NCBI GenBank assembly: GCA_963760685.1
Contig: CAVXEA010000003.1
Coordinates: 875,781 to 939,780 of the forward strand
Direction of reading: 5' to 3'
Origin: an uncultured Acidobacteriota bacterium
GTDB lineage: Bacteria > Acidobacteriota > Vicinamibacteria > Fen-336
DNA length: 64,000 nt
The position numbers and the translations under genes are program-made. Shown piece by piece: positions 26,934 through 37,907 of this stretch. Position 1 is the first letter of the stretch; each line of letters starts with the position of its first letter. The notes beneath the pieces were generated by a model, which ran no database searches, had not been told where the DNA came from, and saw only the letters and a program-made list of their open reading frames with translations.

Positions 26934-29649
26934 ATGCCCAAGTCCCGAAAGGCCGGGGTCGACCGGCGCCAGTTCTTGAAGCGAGTCGGCGCCGCGGCCG
27001 GCCTGGTCGCGGTCGGGCCGTGCGAGGAGAGCGCCGGGAGCCAACGGCCCACGGAGGGCCAGGAAGCCGAGGGCCTGGCCCTGGTCGTCGACCCGGACGA
27101 CACCATCGCCTCGTCGCCACCGGCACAAGGAGCGGCCGACCTCCTCCGCCGGACGTGCGAGTCTCGCGGCCTTCCCGCGCGCATCTGCCGGAAGATCGAA
27201 GAGGTCCGACCGAAGGAACGGTGCATCCTGGTGGCGGGGAGCGGAACCAGTGCAGCGCCCGAGTCGTTCGTGCTCGCGCCCACTCGGCGCGGCGACCGCA
27301 CCCTGGTGCTGGCGAGCGCGCCCGACGCGCTGGGGCTCGCCTACGCGCTCACGGAGCTGGCCGATCGGGTCGACTGCTCGCGCGACCCGCGGCAGGCCCT
27401 CCAGGTGGCCGAAGAAGGTCGAGGATCGGCCGACCTGTCGCATCCGCAGCATCATGCGGCTCTTCGCCAGCGACGTGGAGGACAAAGGCTGGTTCCACGA
27501 CCGGTCCTTCTGGCCCTCGTACCTCGACATGCTCGTCACCCAGCGGTTCAACCGGTTCAACCTCGCCTTCGGTATCGGCTACGACTTCGCGCGGCAGCTC
27601 CGGGACACCTACTTCTACTTTCCCTATCCCTTCCTCCTCGCCGTGCCCGGCTACGACGTGCGCGCGGTGGGTCTCAGCGATGCGGAGCGCGACCGCAACC
27701 TGGAGACGCTCCGCTTCGTGGGCGAGGAGGTCGCGAAGCGTGGCCTGCACTTCCAGCTCGGCCTCTGGACCCACGCCTTCGAGTGGACGGACAGCCCGAA
27801 CGCCAACTACACGATCTCGGGTCTCACCCGCGAGAACCAGGCCGCGTACTGCCGCGACGCGGTGCGTGCGCTGCTCGAAGCGTGTCCGGCAATCCGCGGC
27901 CTGACCATCCGCACCCACGGCGAGAGCGGCGTCCCGGAAGGCGACGAGGGTCGCTACGCGCTTCTGGCAGACCCTCTTCAGCGGCGTGGCCGGGGCCGGC
28001 CGGCCCGTCGAGATCGACCTGCACGCCAAGGGCGTCGACCAGCGGATCATCGACCTCGCCCTGGCCACCGGGGCTGCCCGTCCGCGTCTCCCCCAAGTTC
28101 TGGGCCGAGCACATGGGGCTGCCCTACCTCCAGTCCTCGATTCGCGCCCTGGAGCTGCCCACGGAGGAGCCGACCGCCGACCGCCTCATGGCGCTCAGCA
28201 CGGGCACGCGCAACCACATGCGCTACAGCTACGGCGACCTGCTGATGAAGGGCCGCCGCTACGGCATCCTGCACCGGGTCTGGCCGGGGACGCAGCGGCT
28301 GCTGCTCTGGGGCGATCCGGCCTACGCGGCGCAGATGGGCCGCACGTTCAGCGCCTTCGGGGCCGACGGCGTCGAGTTCATGGAGCCGTTGTCCTTCAAG
28401 GGCCGCAAGGGCTCGGGCCTTCCGGGGGGACGCGATGCCTATCGGGATGCGTCGCTCCGCGCCCCGGGGGGCGACTGGCGCAAGTACGAGTACACCTACC
28501 GGCTGTGGGGCCGGCTGGCCTACGACCCGTCCGCGGATCCCGAGATCTGGCGGCGGCCGCTTCGGCAACAGTTCGGCGCGGCGGCCGAGGCCGTCGAATC
28601 CGGCCTCGCCCAGGCGAGCCGCATCCTGCCCCTCGATCAGCAGCGCCCACTGCCCGTCGGCCGCCAACAACAACTACTGGCCCGAGATCTACAGCAACAT
28701 GTCGCTCGTCGACGGCGTCAACCGCGGCTCGTACTCCGACACGCCGACCCCCAAGGTCTTCGGCCACGTGAGCAGCCTCGACCCCCAGCTCTTCGCGAGC
28801 GTCGACGAGCTCGTGGAGTCGCTCCTGGGTGCTGACGCCCGCGGGCAAGATCACGCCGGTCGAGGTGGCCCGACAGCTCGACCAGTGGGCGGAGTCCTCG
28901 GCGGCTGAGCTGGCCCGGGCCGGGGCCCGGGCTCGCCGACCGCACGGATCCTCGCTACCGGCGGGTCGCCGTCGACTGCGCGATCGCCGCCGGCCTCGGC
29001 CGGTTCTTCGCGCGGAAGCTCCGGGCCGCGCGTCCTCTTCGGGATCTTCGATCGCACCGGCGACCCCCGCGCGCGGGACGAGGCGCTCGGCCAGTACCGT
29101 GAGGCCCGAAGCGCCTGGGCCGACTTCGCGGCCGGGCCCGCCACCGTCTACGTTCGCGACATCACCTTCGGGTTCGACTCCCATCTGCGGGGCCACTGGC
29201 AGGACCGGCTGGCCGCGATCGACCGGGACATCGCCGCGCATCGAGACGCGAGCGCCAGAGGGCGCGGGGGCGGTGTCCAAGGAACGAGTGGCCGCCGCGA
29301 TCGCCGCCGTTCTCGACCCACCCCGAAGGCCGGTCGTGGCGGTGGAGCACACGCCCGGCCGCGTCCTTCGTGCCCGGGCAGGCCGTGCCCTCTCGTGGCC
29401 CGCGTGTCGCCCGACGCGACCTCCGTCCGCCTCCAGTACCGCCACCTCAACCAGGCCGAAACCTACAGCGCCCTGGACATGGAGCGGGAAGGTGCTGTGT
29501 GGCGCGCCACGGTGCCCGCCGACTACACGCAGTCACCGTACCCGTTGCAGTACTACTTCGAGGTGCGGTCCAACGCCGGCGTCGCGCTGTGGCCGGGGTT
29601 CAAGAGCGACTTCCTGGGACAGCCCTACTTCGTGTCTTCGCCGGCCTAG
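26934..29649 (+). pseudogene. Tat-secreted glycoside-hydrolase-like protein, about 900 aa; reading frame broken at least 8 times
   Basis: Tat motif [13 protein letters not shown]. Conserved blocks sit in alternating frames: FWPSYLDMLVTQRFNRFNLAFGIGYDF ... LGLWTHAFEWTD; VEIDLHAKGVDQRIIDLALATG; VSPKFWAEHMGLPYLQSS ... LWGRLAYDP; NNYWPEIYSNMSLVDGVNRGSYSD; YVRDITFGFDSHLRGHWQDRLAAID; C-terminus LQYRHLNQAETYSALDMEREGAVWRATVPADY. Confidence 0.7.
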
Positions 29650-29651
29650 CC

Positions 29652-29695
29652 CGGACTATTCACGAAGTCCACCTGACCGCTTCGTGAATAGTCCG
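29652..29695. terminator. Perfect 16-bp inverted repeat CGGACTATTCACGAAG-N12-CTTCGTGAATAGTCCG between convergent genes
   Basis: Read directly, 3 nt after the stop at 29649; no U-tract. Confidence 0.4.
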
Positions 29696-29815
29696 ATCTG
29701 GCCACATGTAAGGGGCCATTCGGGCACCAGCCCGAGCCCCTTTCCACGCCATCGCCAATCCATCGCCGTGTCGTGCGCCAAGAGGGCCATTGAGGAGCCG
29801 TCTGACGACTTCAGA

Positions 29816-29859
29816 ACGGATCATTCGTTCGGAACATCACGCGGCCTCACGAATGATCC
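29816..29859. terminator. Second inverted repeat CGGATCATTCGT-N20-ACGAATGATCCG, 15 nt from the ADH gene 3' end
   Basis: 12-bp arms, sequence-related to the first inverted repeat (ATTCACGAAG versus ATTCGTTCGG). Confidence 0.35.
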
Positions 29860-29873
29860 GGACTAGCGATGGC

Positions 29874-30893
29874 TCAGACCTTCAGCATCAGCTTGAGGGT
29901 CGCGCCGGGGTCGTGAGCCATCTTGCGGAAGGCAGCCTCGCCCTCGCCGAGGGGCATGGTGTCCGTCCACGGCTTGAGGTCGAAAGGCCGGGTCTCGAGC
30001 AGTCGCACCGAGGCCTCGAAGTCGCGCGGGGTGTAGGCGAACGAGGTGAAGACGGAGAGCTCGTTTCGCGTCATCTCGATCCAGGGCAGAGGCGAATCGT
30101 TCTCGGCGAGGCCCAGGAAGAGGAGGCGGCCGCCCTTGCCGCACGCGGCGACGGCGGCGCGTCTCGTCGCGGCATGCCCCACCGCCTCGACCACGTGCTC
30201 GGCGCCGCGTCCCTCCGTCCAAGACCGCAGCACTTCCTCCGCATTCTCGCGACCGCTGTGAATCGTGAGGTCCGCGCCCAGGGTCCGCGCGGCTGCCAGG
30301 CGTGCATCGTTGACGTCGATCACGCAGACCTTGGGCACTCCGCGGATCTTGGCCAGGAGCAGGGCCAGAGCGCCGATCGGTCCCGCACCGACGATGACCA
30401 TGGTGCGGGGCGCTTCGACCAGGGAGATGCGGAAGGCGTGGATCGCGACCGCCATCGGCTCGGCCAGGATGGCCTCGGCCTCGGGAAGCGATTCCGGAAG
30501 GGAGAAGAGCTGGCAGGTGGGCACGCTGACGTACTCGGCGTAGGTCCCGTGCAGGCGGTCCATGCCGAAGATCTTCCAATCGGGGCAGACGTTCTGTCGC
30601 CCCGCGAGGCACGCCGGACACGAGCGGCAGCTCACCAGGGGGTTGAAGCAGACGCGCTGCGATTCCTTCCAGCCGGTCACCCCGGAGGAGACGCCCGCGA
30701 TCCGCGCCACGGTTTCGTGGCCCATGACCAGCCCGGGCTGCCGGCGTTCGCTGTGGCCGAGGAAGCCGTGGATGTCCGAGCCGCAGATGCCCGCGGCCGA
30801 GACCTGGAGCAACACCTCGCCTTCCCCGGGGGTCGGCGTGGGCAGGTCCTGCATCTCCATCCTCTCGGGGCCGACGTAGACGAGGGCTCTCAT
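29874..30893 (-). CDS. Zn-dependent alcohol dehydrogenase (MDR family; threonine/sorbitol-dehydrogenase-like)
   Basis: 339 aa. Motifs GICGSDIHGF, GHETVARI, structural-Zn C..C..C, GAGPIGALALLLAK. ATGA overlap with the upstream Nramp-like gene. Confidence 0.85.
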   Translation of the reverse strand: MRALVYVGPERMEMQDLPTPTPGEGEVLLQVSAAGICGSDIHGFLGHSERRQPGLVMGHETVARIAGVSSGVTGWKESQRVCFNPLVSCRSCPACLAGRQNVCPDWKIFGMDRLHGTYAEYVSVPTCQLFSLPESLPEAEAILAEPMAVAIHAFRISLVEAPRTMVIVGAGPIGALALLLAKIRGVPKVCVIDVNDARLAAARTLGADLTIHSGRENAEEVLRSWTEGRGAEHVVEAVGHAATRRAAVAACGKGGRLLFLGLAENDSPLPWIEMTRNELSVFTSFAYTPRDFEASVRLLETRPFDLKPWTDTMPLGEGEAAFRKMAHDPGATLKLMLKV

Positions 30894-32419
30894 GGGTTTG
30901 CTCCGGGCAGGAAGGAGCGCACGAGCGCTCGGATGGCGAAGAACGAGAAGAACGCGTAGAAGACCGCGCAGGCCAGGAGGGCTGCCTCGCGCCACAAGGC
31001 GGGACGCACCGGCCGCGGCAGGAACCGGCGGTTCACGATGAGGATCTGAACGGCGCCGATGGCCAGGACCAGGCCCGCGACGTTGGCGAGGACGGTGAAG
31101 AGGCGGAACGGCGAGGCCGAGCGGATGGCCAGGATTCCCCAGAGGGAGAACACCAGCAGGATCCCGTAGTAGATGGCGCGGATTCCTCCTGCCCAGTTTC
31201 GCGCGCGTGGGCTCGCCATCCACGCCGCGTCGGTGACGGTCCGCACGAGGACGTCGGTGTTGCCGAGCTGGGTCTTGAAGAGGAGCCAGAAGCCGTTGAA
31301 GAGGGTGAGGAACCAGAAGCCGGGCCAGATGGTCTCGGCAAGGTACTTGGCCTGGTAGGAACCGGCGGCGAGGCCCTGGAGGTCCGTGCCCCGGGGGACG
31401 ACGAAGGTGGCGAGGTTGACGTTCAGGTACATGCCGAGAAAGCAGAAGAGTCCCCACACCCAGATCTGGTCGGCGTGGACGTAGCGCAGCCACTCGCGCC
31501 ACCGTCGCAGGTTGTCCTCGTTGGCAGGGAAGACCTTGCCCACGTGGGAGAGCGTGATCTCGTGGCCGCCGATGGCGCTGGGGATGGCGCCGACCTTGGC
31601 GCCCATGCCGAAGCCCTTGTCGCGGACCCAGTTGGTCACGGTCAGGTTCCCGAGCCCACCGGATCCGGCGGTGGCCGCGAGGGCCCCGATGAGGGCCCAG
31701 TCGATCGGCCGCGGCAGCCCGGTGAACTGGAAGAATCCGGTGAAGGTCTCCGCCCAGTGGGAGAACGGGACGAAGGCCACGTTGACGAAGATCAGGAACA
31801 CGAACACGACGGCGAGCATCGTCCAGGCGAAGTACTCGAGCATCCGCTCGATGGTGCCGCCGAAGGAAAGGATCAGGACCACGAACGCGATCAGGGCGGT
31901 GGCAATCCAGGCCAGGACCTCCCGGTCGGCGGCTTCCGGCACCCGCCCCATCCACGCGCTCAGGAGCGTCGCCGCGGCGCTTCCTGCCAGGGCCGGCCAC
32001 CCGAGCTGGAGGAAGCCGATGACCGTGTAGAAGGCGGCCCAGAAGCGGGGCCCGGGCTTGAGCCGCATGATCCCGCCGAAGATCGGCTCTCCCGTGTAGA
32101 GCGTGTAGCGGATCGCCTCCAGGTTGAAGACGACCTGGAGGGCGATGGCCACGGTCACGATCAGGAAGATCGAGGCCGAGTACTTGACCGCGGCAGCGGG
32201 ACCGACGAGCCACTCACCGCCTCCGATGGAGGTCGCGGCCATGACCGCGCCGGGCCCGATCACCTTGAGCACGTTCCGGAAACCGAAGGGCGGCGGCCCG
32301 GGCAGGTCTGTCACCTCCCAGGCGGGAAGCTCTCCGCAGGTTCGGGGCAGGAGGAGACCGTCGCCGGGGCGGGGTTCGCTCATGGCCATTCGTTGGTTCA
32401 CTCCGGTGGCTGTAGGTCT
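30890..32419 (-). CDS. Nramp-family-like divalent metal transporter
   Basis: About 510 aa, polytopic. N-terminus IGPGAVMAATSIGGGEWLVGPAAAVKYSASIFLIVTVAIALQVVFNLEA resembles the Nramp/MntH core. Single uninterrupted frame. Confidence 0.5.
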   Translation of the reverse strand, partial: RPTATGVNQRMAMSEPRPGDGLLLPRTCGELPAWEVTDLPGPPPFGFRNVLKVIGPGAVMAATSIGGGEWLVGPAAAVKYSASIFLIVTVAIALQVVFNLEAIRYTLYTGEPIFGGIMRLKPGPRFWAAFYTVIGFLQLGWPALAGSAAATLLSAWMGRVPEAADREVLAWIATALIAFVVLILSFGGTIERMLEYFAWTMLAVVFVFLIFVNVAFVPFSHWAETFTGFFQFTGLPRPIDWALIGALAATAGSGGLGNLTVTNWVRDKGFGMGAKVGAIPSAIGGHEITLSHVGKVFPANEDNLRRWREWLRYVHADQIWVWGLFCFLGMYLNVNLATFVVPRGTDLQGLAAGSYQAKYLAETIWPGFWFLTLFNGFWLLFKTQLGNTDVLVRTVTDAAWMASPRARNWAGGIRAIYYGILLVFSLWGILAIRSASPFRLFTVLANVAGLVLAIGAVQILIVNRRFLPRPVRPALWREAALLACAVFYAFFSFFAIRALVRSFLPGANP

Positions 32420-32443
32420 CTCGAGGTCGCCTTTCCTCGGACG

Positions 32444-33381
32444 CGCTACCTTCCGCCCGGGGCCTTCAGGTACTTCAGCATCTCCGAGTCCGTGGTGAGG
32501 ATCAGCCAGGTCTTGGCGTCGAGACTCTGGTCGAGCGTCTCCATGGTCTTCCAGAACTGGTAGAACTCGGGCTCCTTGTTGTAGGCCCGGGCGTAGATCG
32601 CAGTGGCCTTGCCGTCGGCCGCGCCCTTTCAGCTCCTGGGCCGAGCGGTATCCGGCGGAGGAGGCGGCGAGGACGTCCCGTTCCTTCTGGCCGCGGATCT
32701 CGGCGGCACGGCCCTGTCCCTCGGAACGGCTGCGCTCGGCGATGCGCTTTCTCTCGGAGCTCATCCGCTCGAAGACCTTCTGCTGCACCGTCTCCACGTA
32801 GTTGATGCGCTTGAAGCGCACGTCCACGAGCTCGATGCCGAACTCCGGGGTGATCTTGGCCGCCTTGTCCAGGATGATCTGCGCGATCTTGGCTCGTCCG
32901 GCCTGGATCTTCGCCATGGCCTCGGCGGCGCCGATGCCCTCGAGCTCTTCGGTGGTCTGGAAGGGCCGATTGCTCGAGCGCACGACCTCGATGAGGTCGA
33001 ACGAGGCCACCGCGTTCCGGGTCTCGCCGTCCACGATGTCGTCGAGGCGGCTCTGCGCCCCTCGCTCGTCACGCACGGCCTGGTAGAAGCGCAGGGGATC
33101 CGGATGCGCCACCGCGCGTAGGTGTCGACCCAGATGTACTTCTTGTCCCGGGTGGGGATCTCGGTGGCGTCGCCGTCGTACTCGAGCCAGCGTTTGTCGA
33201 ACCGGTGGACGACCTGGACGAACGGAATCTTCACGTGAAGGCCGGGCTCCTTGACGAGCCCGCCCACCGGGCGTCCGAACTGAACGAGGATCGCCTGCTC
33301 GGTCTCGTTCACGGTGTAGATGGCCGAGTTCAGCACGAAGAGGGCGAGGAGGACCGCCGCGATGCGCCAGGGGCGGCTCAC
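32444..33381 (-). CDS. hflC: SPFH protease modulator HflC; two 1-nt frameshifts near 32626 and 33105
   Basis: Three frames carry RPWRIAAVLLALFVLNSAIYTVNETEQAILVQFGRPV; then DPLRFYQAVRDERGAQSRLDDIV ... AQELKG; then AADGKATAIYARAYNKEPEFYQFWKTMETLDQSL ... KAPGGR*. GTGA overlap with hflK. Confidence 0.8.
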
Positions 33382-34407
33382 TGGGCCTTCTCCTTTTCCT
33401 TCGGTTCGTTGTCGAGCTGAAGCAGAGGCATGATGTTCCTCGCCTTGTCGTCGAGCACGATCTTCTTCCCGAGCTTGGGCATGAGCTGGCTCATGGTTTC
33501 GAGGTACATCCGCTTCCGGGTCACGGCGGGCGCCTTCCGGTACTCGTCGTAGAGGGCGTCGAACCGTTTGGCGTCGCCCTCCGCGTTGTTGACCCGCTCC
33601 ACGGCGTAGCCCTCGGCCGCGCGCACGGCCTGCTCGGCTTCGCCCTTGGCCTTCGGCACCGCCTTGTTGTACTCGGCCCAGGCGTCGTTGATGGCTCGCT
33701 CCTTCTCCTGGATGGCCTGGTTCACCTCGTTGAAGGCGGGCTTGACCGGGGTCGGCGGGTTGACGTCCTGCAGGACGAGCTGCTGGACCTCGATGCCGAT
33801 TCCGTAGAGCTCGCACAAGCCGCTGCAGCTCCTCCTTGGCCCGAAGGGCCACCTCTTCGCGGCCGATGGTCAGCACCTCGTCGACGCTGTGGTCGCCCAC
33901 CACCATGCGCATCGCCGCCTCGGACATGTAGCGAAAGGTCTCGGGGACGTCGCGGACGTGGAACAGGTACTGGCGCGGGTCCTTGATCCGGAACTGCACG
34001 ATCCACTCGACGACCGCCACGTTCAGGTCCCCGGTGAGCATGACGGACTCGCCCAGGGTCTCCGGCGACTCGGGGGCGAACTCGGAGCGCGCGGCGGCGC
34101 GGACGGTGCGGAATCCGAACTCCATCTTGAGCTGGCGCTGGACCGGCACCTTCGTCACCTGCTCCACCCCGAACGGGATCTTGAGATGCGGCCCGGGGTT
34201 GGTCGTGCGCTCGTAGGCCCCGAAGCGCTGGATCACCGCCACCTCGTCGGGCTCGACCTGGTAGTAGCCGGTGAAGAGCAGTACCACCGCGAAGAGGACG
34301 ATCGCACCGATCCGGAGCATGCCCGGGTTCGGACGAGGGAACGGGGGCAGGCGGAGGCCCTCGGGCCCGATGTCGATCGGACCCTGGCCCCAACCACTCT
34401 TGGCCAT
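33378..34407 (-). CDS. hflK: SPFH protease modulator HflK; 1-nt frameshift near 33820
   Basis: N-terminal TM plus ERTTNPGPHLKIPFGVEQVTKVPVQRQLKMEF. After the shift: GIGIEVQQLVLQDVNPPTPVKPAFNEV. Confidence 0.8.
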
Positions 34408-34459
34408 GAAATGTTCGTCTCCTTGGTCGTCTCCCGCGAGCCCGACAGGGGAGTCTACC

Positions 34460-35795
<1,336 letters not shown>

Positions 35796-35889
35796 TGGGC
35801 CGGTCCTTCTCCTCGAAGCGCGAGCCGCCGCGCCACCGGGGCCACATCCTAACCTCGTTGTGGGCCTTGCGCCTCCGTCCGCTTCGACC

Positions 35890-36375
35890 TTATCGGGAGC
35901 TCATGCCGACCCATCGCTCGACCTCGACCGCGGCCCGTCGGGTGAGGGGGCCGAGACGCTCGCGCGTCGCGAACCGGCACGAGCCCTCCGCGTCCAGGAC
36001 GCCGAGGTGGCCGGCGAGTTGGCCCCGGGCGTCGAGGAGGGGCAAGGTGAAGCAGTGGGTGGGCCTGGTATCGGCCAGCTCGGGCTCGTGCGGAAGGGCG
36101 CGGTGCAGGACACGGCCCAAGGGCAAGCCCGCGCTCTCCACGCCCTCAGGCGTTTCGAGCTGCGCGAAATCCGACCGAAGGCCGTAGTCACGAGCGAGCC
36201 AAAGGGAGAGGCGGCGCGGCTCGGACGGAGGATCGAAGGCCACCACGAACGCGAACCGCACGTCGAGCGCCGAAGCCACGAAGCCCACGAGACGGAGCAA
36301 GGTGCGGCTCGCGCTGCCGCGGGTCTCTTCCGATTCGGATTCGCCCACGGGGGGGGCAGCTTCGCAGAGGCTCAT
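35890..36375 (-). CDS. Small GAF-like domain protein, hypothetical
   Basis: 161 aa from MSLCEAAPP; GAF-like hydrophobic core, weak match. Confidence 0.3.
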   Translation of the reverse strand: MSLCEAAPPVGESESEETRGSASRTLLRLVGFVASALDVRFAFVVAFDPPSEPRRLSLWLARDYGLRSDFAQLETPEGVESAGLPLGRVLHRALPHEPELADTRPTHCFTLPLLDARGQLAGHLGVLDAEGSCRFATRERLGPLTRRAAVEVERWVGMSSR

Positions 36376-36542
36376 CCCGGGTCCGCAATGCAACTCGACT
36401 GCCAGGAAGGGGTCAGAGCCGCAAGTCACAGGCCCAGAAGGGATAGCGGGGCCAGGGGTCTCAACGGGCGCCGGAGCCGCGTCCGGCTTCCGCAAAGACT
36501 GCGTCCTGAAATCCGGAGAATGCGGTCCGCTCGCTGGCCGGA

Positions 36543-37907
36543 TCAGCCCTCGGCGGGCCTTCGAGCCAACACGATTCCGTGCTTCTTGATGCGCTCGTAG
36601 AGAGCGCTTCGCGACAGGCCCAGGCGCTCCGCCGCCCGGGGCACCGCCCCGTGCTCTTCGCGCAGCACGGCCTCGATGTGGAGGCGCTCGGCTTCGGCGA
36701 GGGTTCCCAAGGGGCCGGTTGCGGACGCAGGTCCACTCGCGGGCAAGCCTCCACCCAGATCGGCGTCGCTCAGGACGGGATGGTCCGAGAGGAGCACGGC
36801 CCGCTCCAGCACGTTCCGGAGCTGCCTGATGTTGCCCGGCCAGGGATGTGCCTTGAGCGCTCGCTCCGCCCCGTCCGACAGCGTGACCCGGGGTCGGCCC
36901 ATCTCGGCGCCGATGCGCTCCACGAGCCGCCTTGCGAGCAGCACGACGTCGTGGCCGCGTTCCCTCAAGGGAGGGACGACGAGGGGGAGGGCATTGATGC
37001 GATAGAGGAGGTCCTCCCGGAACTTCTGCTCCGTGACGAGGCGCCCGAGGTCCCGGTGGGTCGCGGCCACCAGCCGGATGTCGACCTGTCGGTCCCGCAC
37101 GTCGCCCAGGCGCCGGAAGCGGAAGTCCTCGACGACCTTCAGCAGCTTGGCCTGCACCTGAAGGTCCACGTCGCCGATCTCGTCGAGGAAGAGCGTGCCC
37201 TTGTGGGCCATCTCGAGGAGGCCGGGCTTGGACGCCACCGCCCCGGTGAACGCCCCCTTCTCGTGGCCAAAGAGCTCGCTCTCCAGGAGCTCGCGGGAAA
37301 GACCGGCGCAGTTGAGGTCCACGAAGGCCTCGTCGGCGCGCGGCCCGTTCCCGTGGAACCAACGGGCGAGGACGCCCTTGCCCGTGCCCGTTTCTCCGTG
37401 GATGAGGACCGGCACCGAGGACGAGGCGACGCGAGCGGCCTCGGCCGCGAGCTTGCGGATGGCGGGGCTCTCGCCGAAGAACGGGTCCACCGCCTGGCGG
37501 GTCTGCGCCGACTTGCCCACCAGCGAGACCCGCCGCATGCGGCGTGTCTCGAGGCCGCGCTCGACGACGACGAGCAGGGCGGAGAGCTCCACGGGCTTGG
37601 TCAGGAACTGGTCCGCTCCCTCCTTGATCGCCCGCACCGCGAGATCGATGCTCCCGTGCCCGGTCAGGAGGACCACGGGCAGCGACGCGTCCTGGGCCTT
37701 CAGGGCTCGCAAGACGTCGAGGCCGTCCCCGTCGGGCAGCGAGAAGTCCACGATCGCGGTGTCCGGCTGCTGCTTGCGCACGATCTCCAGCGCGGCGGCC
37801 AGGCCTCCGGCCTCGAGCGTCCGGTAGCCCTTGTTGGTCAGGAAGCGCCGCAAGGGAAGCCGCACATCGTCCTCGTCGTCGACGAGGAGGATCGTCCCCT
37901 CAGGCAT
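36543..37907 (-). CDS. Sigma-54-dependent response regulator (NtrC family: REC + AAA+ + Fis-type HTH)
   Basis: REC segment LLVDDEDDVR ... VVLLTGHG. AAA+ segment GETGTGKGVLARWFH, and GAFTGA motif. C-terminus ERLGLSRSALYERIKKHGI. Confidence 0.9.
   Translation of the reverse strand: MPEGTILLVDDEDDVRLPLRRFLTNKGYRTLEAGGLAAALEIVRKQQPDTAIVDFSLPDGDGLDVLRALKAQDASLPVVLLTGHGSIDLAVRAIKEGADQFLTKPVELSALLVVVERGLETRRMRRVSLVGKSAQTRQAVDPFFGESPAIRKLAAEAARVASSSVPVLIHGETGTGKGVLARWFHGNGPRADEAFVDLNCAGLSRELLESELFGHEKGAFTGAVASKPGLLEMAHKGTLFLDEIGDVDLQVQAKLLKVVEDFRFRRLGDVRDRQVDIRLVAATHRDLGRLVTEQKFREDLLYRINALPLVVPPLRERGHDVVLLARRLVERIGAEMGRPRVTLSDGAERALKAHPWPGNIRQLRNVLERAVLLSDHPVLSDADLGGGLPASGPASATGPLGTLAEAERLHIEAVLREEHGAVPRAAERLGLSRSALYERIKKHGIVLARRPAEG

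Noticed and set aside
29160-29185. GGTTCGACTCCC resembling a tRNA T-arm
   Set aside because: No D-arm or anticodon-arm context, and it lies inside a coding block of the GH gene (…FGFDSHLRGHW…).
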